A stretch of DNA of 64,000 nucleotides from Octopus bimaculoides (Eukaryota), in assembly GCF_001194135.2 (NCBI RefSeq), contig NC_068985.1, forward strand, positions 85,771,819 to 85,835,818, in the 5' to 3' direction. Numbering within the stretch: position 1 is the first letter of the stretch; each line of letters starts with the position of its first letter. This document shows, in pieces, positions 52,030-64,000 of this stretch. Made by a program: the position numbers and the translations under genes. The notes under the pieces are model-generated. The model had not been told where the DNA came from. It saw only the letters and a program-made list of their open reading frames with translations, and made no database searches.

Positions 52030-52839
52030 TAATAGATGAAAAATAATCTCTGAACAAGAGGAGGTTTTTCGATGTAGATTAGGAGAAATGATGGAAAAGT
52101 TCTCTCATATTTCAAGTTGATTAACGAACTTCAATGCAACCGGAGCAACCACTATGTGGTCACTTACCTTTTTAGAAATAGCAGCCAGATATTCTGCAAT
52201 TATCATCTTAAAACTAAAAGGAAGGATAGATGGGACGATATAGTTCTAGATATATTGATGCAAACAACTGAGGTGGTCATGGCTGGGCAACCATAGGCCA
52301 CTGACCTATTCAGTCAGGATTGACCAAGGACCAAACAATAGCAACGATTATATAGGTCACTCAAGTGACCAGTCTGCTGAAGGGCTAAACTGAAATGACC
52401 AAGAGGAGAAGATGAGACCCAGGACAAATAAGACATGCTCCATGAGTTCTGATTTATTGTGATTCAGGGTGGAGTAGAAATATTAGGAATAGTTATGGTG
52501 TTGGGTTACAACCAAGATGCAAATAGAAAGGTCAGATCACTTTCTGCCCTCCCACTGTTATAGCCATGACCAAGAGATTGAATTCTTTGGAAGTAATGAG
52601 AATGAAATACTGAACAACAGTAAGCAGTAACAGCACTAAAGAATTCACAAGTGTCTTCTACTTTGAAGTTTGCAATTCAATTCCTCATGCAGTGAAAATT
52701 ATTTTTGATGGACAAATTTGTATGATTCAATGTCACATATATTGGAACTCAGACCAACCAGTGTTCAGTATCAGCCACAGAGAGATTTAGCTGCTATTTC
52801 TGGCCAATTGAACGACACTATATATATATACATATCAGC

Positions 52840-53170
52840 CTCATCATCATCGTTTAACGTCTGCTTTCCATGCTAGCATGGGTTGGACGATTTGACTGAG
52901 GACTGGCGAACCAGATGGCTACACCAGGCTCCAATCTGACCTGGCCGATCCAAAGGCGTGAGTGCTGGTGACATGTAAAAGGTCGCCGTGTTAGTGACAC
53001 ATAAAGGACACCCAGCACACTCAGTAATGTGGGTTGGCATTAGGGAAGGGTAATCCAGAGACAAAGTCAAACTCAGACTGGAACCTGGTGCAGCTCTCTA
53101 GCTTACCATCTCCAGTCAAAGCATCTCTTTCCCATGCCAGCATGGGAAAGAGATGTCAAATGATGATGAC
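52840..53170. mobile_element. Two opposed RTE 3'-end fragments (family D)
   Basis: Minus-sense copy from 52840 ((CAT)n-CGTTTAACGTC..). Plus-sense copy ends CCATGCCAGCATGGGAAAGAGATGTCAAATGATGATGA at ~53170. Confidence 0.65.
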
Positions 53171-53174
53171 CATG

Positions 53175-53440
53175 CACAGGCAATGCTGTGGGGGTAAGAA
53201 GCTTGATTCCCAACCACATGGTTCCAGGTTCAGTCCCACTGCATGGCACATTGAGCAAGTGACTTCTACTCTAGCCTCAGGCCAACCAAAGTGGATTTGG
53301 TAGAAGGAAACAGAAAGAATCCCAAATATGTGTGTGTGTGTCCTGTGTCTGTTTGTCCTCCCACCACTGCTTGGTACCAGGGTTGATTCATTCAAGTAAA
53401 ATTCTTCAAGGTGGTGCTCCAGCATGACTGCATTCTAATC
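53175..53440 (+). mobile_element. SINE family B
   Basis: GGTAAGAAGCTTG..CCAACCACATGGTTCCAGGTTCAGTCCCACTGCATGGCAC..CAAGTG.CTTCTACT.TAGCCTCAGGCCAACCAAAG. Confidence 0.8.
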
Positions 53441-54467
53441 ACTGAAAGAAGTACACACACACACACACACANNNNNNNNNNNNNNNNNNNNNNNNNNNNN
53501 NNNNNNNNNNNNNNNNNNNNNNNNNNNNNNNNNNNNNNNNNNNNNNNNNNNNNNNNNNNNNNNNNNNNNNNNNNNNNNNNNNNNNNNNNNNNNNNNNNNN
53601 NNNNNNNNNNNNNNNNNNNNNNNNNNNNNNNNNNNNNNNNNNNNATATATATATATATATATATATAATGTATGTATATGTATGTATATATGTATGTATG
53701 TAGACATGCATTCATAGAGACACATTCATTCATTGCTTCATTTCGATGCGGTTTTAGAAGCTAAGAGAGCAGTTGAGATCTTTGACCTGTTTGGTTTGCG
53801 GTGCCAGAACCAAGTTGAGGAACTCTGACATGCTAAAAGAAGGAATCCAGTTCTAGCAAATTCTAATTTCAAGTAAAAAATCAAGAGTTAAAATAACATT
53901 GGACAACTTTAAAAGATAACAAAGTTTAAATTTGGTTCTGGAGAGAATTATATTTGCATAAAGATTAACTTGATTTTTAAAAACAATATAATTTGTATGA
54001 TTAATGCAGAGAATCTGATACATAAATATTGTGAAGTTGTATTAAAGAAACTCATCCCATAAGGCTGGTTGACTAAACAACTCTCTAAATATATGTTGTT
54101 TAAGTGTAGGCTTAATTACTGTAGAGTCAAAAAGAATTTATAATGAAGTATAATTAAAATGGTAATTGGAAAAATCCATTAGTGTTAAAGATAATTGTTG
54201 TCAAAAGTGGCAAGGGAGAGAATTTAAAAATTAAAATTGATTGAAAATTAAATGGAGACATGCAAAAGAGAAGTTGGTGGTGGTGATGGTTGTTGTTGTT
54301 GTTGTTGTAGTGGTGGTAACGATAGTGGTGAGTCTTTCTAAATATATACCATTTTGTCATCTGTAATAGACATATTGTGAGAAAGATATTGAGTCTAAGT
54401 CTATAAAGTGCATCCTTACAGGATATACTTATTACTAATGTTAGCTTAATGTAATAAGATGAAAAAC

Positions 54468-54521
<54 letters not shown>

Positions 54522-54727
54522 CATAAGTGTGGCTCAGTAGTAAGAAATTTGATTTTGTGTGGGTGTTTATCCCCTACCACTATTTGACAACCAGTGTTGG
54601 TGTGTTTACATCTCTGTAACTTAGCAGTTCAGCAAAAGAGACTGCTAGAATAAGTATCAGGCTTGAAATACTTCTAAGTGGAGTCTCAGCATTGCTACAG
54701 TCTAATGACTGAGACAAATTGAAAATA

Positions 54728-54764
<37 letters not shown>

Positions 54765-55024
54765 CTTCTGAATAAGGCCCACCATTTCATATTGCTCCAA
54801 TTTACTTAGCTGATAATGAGTACCAACCAAAGTACTGGTGCAGTTTTCTCTCACACTTTGTCCCCCCCCACTCCCAGTTGTCACATTGTTGATGTTTCAC
54901 TGGGACAGTGGATGGGAGCATGATGAGGCCTGCTCGTGACTACACAGGCAGCTAAATCTATTTACAAGACCATGGCATATGTTACCTCCTCACACTCAGT
55001 TTGGTGACAGTTATGATCATATAT

Positions 55025-55060
<36 letters not shown>

Positions 55061-55084
55061 TCCTCTCATCATAAACTGTCATAC

Positions 55085-55322
55085 CAAGCTGCTTGGTGAC
55101 TCTGTGCTGGTGCCACATAAAAAGTACTGGTGCTGAGGCCACAGGAAAAATGGTCAGTGCGCTCTGTAAAGTGATTGGCATTAGGAAGGGCATCCAGCCA
55201 TGGAAACCATGCCAAAACAGACAATGGAACCGGGTGTGACTCCTGGCCTCACCAACTCCTGTCAAACCATCCAACCCATGCCAGCATGCAAAATGGACGT
55301 TAAATGATGATGACGATTATGA
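55085..55322 (+). mobile_element. RTE 3' end repeat (family D)
   Basis: GGCATTAGGAAGGGCATCCAGCC..CCATCCAACCCATGCCAGCATGCAAAATGGACGTTAAATGATGATGA. Confidence 0.8.
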
Positions 55323-55950
55323 TGTCTGCGGAATACTCAGTTGCACACTTATTCAATAAGCAGAGAATTCAATCGATCTAACAACAGAAAACTCATCATG
55401 GAAACTGATAGGGTCGTTCGTTTTATAATCTATTGAAAACTGGGAAGTAAAAGTCATTCTGTACTATCCCACAATGCCTAGTCGTGAACTGACAAGAGAG
55501 CCTTTAGAGAGTCACTTGACTAGCTAGAAATAGTAGCAAAAATCTTTCTCAAATGACACCACCATCTTACAAGAGAGAAGGAAACATCAAATAGTGTTTC
55601 CAAGATACCACAAAACTAGACAGGTTTGTTATGGCTGGAAGCGTTGGTCTGCTCAGTTAGAATTTACCTGACCAACAACAATATCAAGACAATTGTAGAC
55701 ACTGTGTTGTTTTAAATAAATTATTTTCCAGAATTACATAATGTTTGTCTACAGAAAAAAATCTGTTCAACAAGAACAAAAAAATAAAAAACTTCCGCAC
55801 ATGTAAAACTTGGAAATATTTAGTATTCTCCACATTTAGTGATAAAAAGGTAATTAATAAATCTCGTTCATTTTCTCCCTTTGTCGGTCGTTTCTAATCT
55901 TCTCTCAAATACATGTTATACAGCAAATTGATGACATTCACTCACACCTA

Positions 55951-55992
<42 letters not shown>

Positions 55993-56964
55993 CACACACA
56001 AAAGCACACAATCTACAGGTCTCTCTCTCTCCTTCATTCACAATCTCCAAAGCATGCACACATGCACACACATACACACACACACACACGCACATACACA
56101 CTCTACCAGCTATTTTCACATCTCTCACCCTCTTCCCAGTGTATATACAAATACACACACACACCATCTTCCAATTTCAATCTGTAGACATTGTTGTTAT
56201 GCACNNNNNNNNNNNNNNNNNNNNNNNNNNNNNNNNNNNNNNNNNNNNNNNNNNNNNNNNNNNNNNNNNNNNNNNNNNNNNNNNNNNNNNNNNNNNNNNN
56301 NNNNNNNNNNNNNNNNNNNNNNNNNNNNNNNNNNNNNNNNNNNNNNNNNNNNNNNNNNNNNNNNNNNNCAGCCGTTACTTCATCGTCTCTTAATCCTGTT
56401 TGGAGCATTTGACATTAGCTTTGTAATTGGCATGGAGTTAAGTGTTAATTAGAACTAACAAAAATCACCATCCACTCTGCAGCAGAGAGATGTAATGACA
56501 AAATGCAAGGAGCGTTTGGTGGTTGGATTAAACAGATCTAACAGATGGACAGTTTAGCAAATAGTCACAGAAACTAGGAGTGTTAGAGACAGTTTCACCA
56601 TTTCAAGTTGGCAGTGCTGGTGTTGTTGTTGTTGGTGATAGTTCCAGGTCAGACTTGACTAAGCAGACCTGTGATCAAAGAATGCAATCCAGCATTTTCC
56701 AGCTTGCCTTATCTTTTTCTACATCCAGAAATACATCATCTAACACGTGCTACCATTTGTTTTAAGGTGTCCCAGTTTAACACAGCCACCACCACCACCA
56801 CCACCACCACAAGCACCACCAGTAAAATATACACTTTGCAGTTTGAAAATGGTTATTTGAAGCTTGAAACTCATACTACAGTCATTCACTGTAAACAACA
56901 TTATTATTAAAATAAAAATTATCCCCCAAAAGCCATCTCTATTCATTTTTTCAAATATATATAT

Positions 56965-57782
56965 ATCATCATCATCATCATCATCGTTTAACGTCCGCCT
57001 TCCATGCTAGCATGGGTTGGACGATTTGACTGAGGACTGGTGAAACCGGATGGCCACACCAGGCTCCAATCTAATTTGGCAGTGTTTCTACAGCTGGATG
57101 CCCTTCCTAACGCCAACCACTCAGAGAGTGTAGTGGGTGCTTTTACGTGTCACCCGCATGAAAACGGCCACGCTCGAAATGGTGTCTTTTATGTGCCACC
57201 CGCACAAGAGCCAGTCCAGGGGCACTGGCAACGATCTCGCTCGAAAACCCTACAAAGGCCNNNNNNNNNNNNNNNNNNNNNNNNNNNNNNNNNNNNNNNN
57301 NNNNNNNNNNNNNNNNNNNNNNNNNNNNNNNNAAATATATATATATCATCATCATCATCATCATCGTTTAACGTCCGCCTTCCATGCTAGCATGGGTTGG
57401 ACGATTTGACTGAGGACTGGTGAAACCGGATGGCCACACCAGGCTCCAATCTAATTTGGCAGTGTTTCTACAGCTGGATGCCCTTCCTAAAGCCAACCAC
57501 TCAGTGTAGTGGGTGCTTTTACGTGTCACCCGCACGAAGGCCAGTCAGGCGGTACTGGCAAAGGCCACGCTCATCTCGCTTGAGAAACCACATGTGTCAC
57601 CCACACAAGAGCCAACCCAGGGGCACTGGCAACGATCCCGCCCGAAAGATTCCATGTGTCGCCCACACACGAGCCAGCCCAGGGGCACCGGCAACGATCT
57701 CGCTCAAAAAACCTCATGTGTCACCTGCACAAGAGCCAGCCCAGGGGCACTTGTGCGGGTGACACATGAGGTTTTTCGAGAT
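56965..57782 (-). mobile_element. RTE 3' end repeat, duplicated across a gap, with ~60-bp internal tandem repeats
   Basis: Near-identical ~200-nt copies start at ~56955 and ~57333. Unit TGTGTCACCCACACAAGAGCCAACCCAGGGGCACTGGCAACGATC.. occurs about 3 times (57592-57750). Confidence 0.8.
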
Positions 57783-59561
57783 ATATATATATGTACTAGA
57801 ATACTATACTATTTCTTAGAAATATTATTGTTCTCATATTTATTTTTAAATAATTTCACAGATTTCGTAGATATCTATATATGTATCTGTATCTATGAGT
57901 CTGTCTGTCTGTCTGTCTCTCTCTCTATATATATATATATGCACATATATGTATTTATATACACATATATATATATCAATGTATATATATATTATTTATA
58001 TATAAATACACACACACACATACATATATACATACATGTATATATCTATATACATTTATGTATCTATATCTACACACATACATACACATATATATGTATA
58101 TATAGTGAATTGGCAACATTAGTTAGAATAGTGGATAGAACATATTGTGGTATTTGCTGTGGTTTTGAACATTGTGAGATCAAATCCTGTTAAGGTCAAC
58201 TAGATCTTTCATCCATTTGAAATGTATAAAGACTGACCCATCCAGGGATGTGGATTGATGGAATGTTATAGCATTGGGAAAAATGCCCATATCTGCTTTG
58301 GCTCAGTGCAAACTGAGTTCAAATCCCACTTACTGTTGCTAGACAGGTAAAATCCTCTGATGCTTGGCCAAAATGCTGATATGCCTGGGATATCCTTAAA
58401 CAAGTGGCCATGTGGTTCAGCTGATCACTCTGAATGTCAGTATGTAATTTGTTGGCTTACACTGGCAACAAGTCTGAAAGTCTCACAGTAGTCAGAGAAG
58501 GAGAAAAAGAACAACCCAGCTGGATTGGAATATCACCATGTGTTCTAAAAAGAGAACCAATATTCTGTTATTCCATTGATCTAAATTATTCAGAAATATA
58601 AAAGAATGGCAGAGGGAGTGAAAGCTTGCTTGTTACCTTGATAAATAGATAGAAAGAAAGAAAGAGAGAGATATAGACAAATAGATAAGTAAGTAGATGT
58701 GTATGGATCGACAGAGATAGATAGATATAAATCAATAGATAGGCACATAGATAGACAGACAGATAAAGATAAAGAGATTGATATAGATAGATATAGAGAT
58801 GAATAGATCTTGTGTGAGAAAGGCAGTGGTGGAGGGGTGGTTTGGTGAAGCTATATTGAAGCAGCTACAAGATGTTTACTGGTTAAATATGTCCAAAATT
58901 CTTTCATAAAAGCACTAATGATTTTAGAGTGAAAGTCTATGGATGCAGTGTAAAGCGTGTGTGTGTGTGTGTGTGTGTGTGCATTTGTGTATGTGTGTAC
59001 ATAAATGTATGTCTGCATATGTATCTAAGTGTGTATATGTGTGTGTGGTTATTACAATAATGTTTCAGTAAGTTTTGTCAAGGCTAAAAAAAGAAATAAA
59101 CAAAAATTATAATTAAGAAAAATTCAAGAATTCAAATCAGTTTTATTTCCAGCTTGAAGCCAAATTAAATAATTAAATAAATACATAAATAAAATAGATT
59201 AATAAAAAGTTTAAAACAAAATGAACTGAGAAAGAAAAACTAGAAATATAGACGTAAACAGAAAAAAACCCCCAAATACACTAAATCTCCCCAAAAAGGA
59301 ACATTGATGAAGAGAAATTGTGCGAAACCTTAACTATGTTCTATTATGACATCATACTCTGCAAGGTATCTCATAAAAAATATTTACGATGGCAACTGTA
59401 ATAATGTTGAGTTGGTAGAAGTAAAAATTGAAAAATAAAATGGAAAAAAGAAAAAAAAAACAAAGTAAAAAACAAAATTAGTTTCCAAGGGCAAAAATTA
59501 AATAAAGTTAAATAAGTAAAAGTAATTTTTTTTTATAAGTGGCTGGAAGAAATGTAAAATT

Positions 59562-59603
<42 letters not shown>

Positions 59604-60914
59604 GAAGAAGAAGTGAAAATTAAAATATTTGCTGGAAAAATTTCAGGTCTGTCCTGTCAGATGATAGAAACTGTTTATTCCAAAATGATTGCAACAACTT
59701 TGAATCTATTTATTTATTTATTTACTTATCTAATTTTGTTGCGAGTGTTTGTGACGGAGATTTACTAAATATGATAATATAGTGTGAAGGGTTTTTTTTT
59801 TTTTGGTTTTATTCATTGTCAGGGGAAAGGAAATAATAAACAAGTCTGAGTGAATAGCAATGAGTCGATCGATGCGAAGGTAACGAGGAAAACAATTTGA
59901 CATATAATATGTACATTGATGACAGTATAAGCGAAGCACACGCTGTTGATGTATTGATTTCTAGCACAAGTACAATGTAACAGATTGTTAGTGTTGTTGT
60001 TGCTGTTTGGCCCTAGGTCAGAAATGATTGAGCAGACCTATGATCAAAGATGTTCTAGATATGACCATCCAGTTTTTGTAAGCAAATTATGTAATGCTTA
60101 CCCACTTAGCACGGTTGTGATTTACAAGGAATTTGGTTGCTGTATTTAGCAGTATGAGCAACTACAAAGATGTTTTGCTATTTGGCTGAAGGTAGCAAAA
60201 TGTAGGAATGCTAAGGTATGGCAATGGCTGCAATGAATCCAACACAAGAACAATATGCATTATGCTGACCATGGCTGACCAAAGAAAAATATATATATAT
60301 ATATATATATATAAAAGTTAACTGGTAATACTTAAATGAAGAGGAAAGAAACTAAAGGAACTGTAAACCATTTTATTTCAAACGCATTACCATACGGATA
60401 CCTTTAAGGAAATGCTGAGTGTATACATTCTACTTTTGTCATTAATACTCTTTTCACTCTGACAATCATTCCCAAGACTCACCACCCAACAAACAAGTCT
60501 TATCAATACACTGAACCACTGAGTCTTTTATTCATTATACAGACCAACGAAATCCTAACAAATGGAATGGGATTCTTGGCACCAACTAAGACATAATTAT
60601 TAGAAGTTTTGTTTCCTTGTTGTTCTTCAGTGTCCGTATATGGAAATACAGGCCCCTGTTATATAATTAGTCACTGTTCTTTTGGATGGGTTTTCTACTT
60701 CACAAAGAAAGTAGCTTCGATTTGAACAAATATCTGGTTCCAAATGAGTTGGTGCTGGTAACCAATCATAAAACATTTACAAGTGAATTTTTACTGCAAT
60801 GGAGAGCAGTTTTCTATTTGTTCCGTCTTGTTGTCGGCATTTGGAATAAGATTCATTTTCTTCAGAAAATAACTGATGTCAACAACAGTGGCATGAATGT
60901 GTGTAGTGTGTGTG

Positions 60915-60988
<74 letters not shown>

Positions 60989-61085
60989 ACACATGCACTT
61001 ATAAGTGCATAAGTACATGAACACAAACATTTCTTCTCTCCTCCATCTATTTTTCTTTTACACACAAACATATGCTTGTGTGCGT

Positions 61086-61183
61086 ATGTATGTGTGTGTG
61101 TGTGCGTATATGTGTGTGTGTGTGCGTATATGTGTGTGTGTGTGCGTATATGTGTGTGTGTGTGCGTATATGTGTGTGTATGT
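61086..61183. repeat. (TG)n-derived ~20-nt tandem repeat TATGTGTGTGTGTGTGCGTA
   Basis: Seen directly, about four copies. Confidence 0.85.
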
Positions 61184-61794
61184 AAACTCTAAAGTTGAAG
61201 TCAGATTTTTTTCATTCACTCATCATTGTTTTTGTTTTTAGCTTATCTTACTTTCTGTTCTCGTGAATGTATCTGTATGTCTATAAATATTTATATGTAC
61301 ATGTAGCTGTATGTCTATATATATATGCGTCTGCTTATGTGTTTGTGTGTATACATATGTGTATGTATAACACATATATAGATACAAACATAGAAATGTG
61401 TATATGTGCATGATGATGATATTTATGTGTTGGTGTGTGTGTGTGTGTGTATTTATATACATGCGTATATGTGAATATATGGATGTGAGTGTGCAAACAA
61501 ATACTCACATATACAAATATACACATCTGTGTAGGTATACATACATTTCACTATGCCTGTGAGTAGGCGTGTGTGTATACATATATATATATACACATAC
61601 ACGCAAACACGGAAAGAGAGAGAGAGAGATCGAAAATAAACATCTGTCTGAAAGAGCAAGTTGCTATAGAAGCAAACAACAAACTGATTGATAATTTTTT
61701 AGCCTTTCGTGAAGTGAACAGGAAAACATATCAAAAAATATAAATAAAATATACTAAAAAGAAATATAGAGCAAAATCGAAAAAAAATTATATT

Positions 61795-63015
<1,221 letters not shown>

Positions 63016-63745
63016 ATTTACAATCACAAGCCCTCTTTTAAAATTCAAGTGAGATGTAGCATCATGACATATATGAGATATATATGAATATTGAAAGGAT
63101 ACTCTACACAATATTACATCAACTGGAATTTACTGGTATAGACCTTACCTCAGCAGTTGTAGGAGATGCAGACTTTGTTTAGTGGCAAAAAGGATTATAT
63201 TGAAGAATTCCATATGTCCAAGTGCTTAGAACTCTAAAAGCGAGGCACTCTCAACTTGTCCACATAATCAGAAATATGTTTTAGCTATCTGGCTAGTCCC
63301 ATCCCAGTAATAAGGACAAGTTCTTGCCTGGAAGTCCTCTCATCATAAAAGAAAACTTATTTTCCTCTCATCCAGCACTTACGCATACACATATATACAT
63401 TCATTGAAGTGTTTTGCAATATCTCAGACTTGAAAACTAGATAGGATGTTTTCTATTTAGCTATGTCTTGATGCTGTTTTACTTTCCAACACATAAAATT
63501 TTCTTTAATGTGAAACCATTCAGTAACACGAATCAGCTGTTAAGAAACAAAATTTATAATCTGATGCAGTGTAACCCTGACAGTGACTGCATTGTTTTTC
63601 GAATGGCTAACATGTTTTTCCTGCTACAATCGTTTTAGCTTCAACACATACTCTGAGATCAAATTGTTTACCTTGCATGTACATCACTTGAATTTATAAT
63701 ACTGTATAAACAATACATGCATGCATGCATGCATACATACATACA

Positions 63746-63776
<31 letters not shown>

Positions 63777-64000
63777 GTGATACACTGCCTAAATATCAAT
63801 CATGAGAAATTAGGCTTCTCAAAACCAGAAAGGAGAAAGCTAATTCGAAGACTATAGATCCAATCCATCACTGGAACTGTAAAAAGCTGTAAAACTTTCC
63901 AGAAGTTTATCATTTAAATATATATGAGCAAGTCCAGATATGCAACTATATGCATGAGAAGACATACATAAAGCAAAACATACAAATCTGCACATCCATA

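Noticed and set aside
57028-57050. CTGAGGA...GAAAC in RTE tails
   Set aside because: Only 5 nt separate the boxes, so stem II cannot form; chance match.
56955-57540. Near-identical ~200-nt direct duplication of an RTE tail on both sides of an N gap
   Set aside because: The second copy starts exactly at the contig edge, so a scaffolding or haplotype artefact is more likely than a biological duplication; needs long reads.
60686-60900. Plus ORF MGFLLHKESSFDLNKYLVPNELV...
   Set aside because: No recognisable domain, and it runs into a (TG)n repeat.

Overview
AT-rich, gap-ridden (many N runs) eukaryotic draft scaffold, dominated by microsatellites and interspersed repeats. The SINE and RTE-tail sequences resemble octopus repeats, so a coleoid cephalopod is likely (inference; no database search possible). 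No protein-coding gene can be called with confidence. Most listed ORFs are microsatellite or N-gap artefacts, and the real protein-like segments are transposon relics: mariner, maT/DD37D and Tc1 transposases, RTE reverse transcriptase, and R4/Dong-type RT and restriction-like endonuclease. The window is probably intronic or intergenic; a few weak minus-strand exon candidates are noted. The strongest unexpected signal is RNA-level. A complete minimal type I hammerhead ribozyme (33605-33649) sits inside a ~230-nt self-complementary, non-coding, retrozyme-like unit. A divergent sibling element (50562-50854) keeps the 3' half of a hammerhead, near-identical spacing and a covarying hairpin. A Penelope-type variant hammerhead lies at 16996-17032. 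Several long hairpins and fold-backs (potential dsRNA/ADAR or small-RNA substrates) are also present. Repeat boundaries were estimated by eye.
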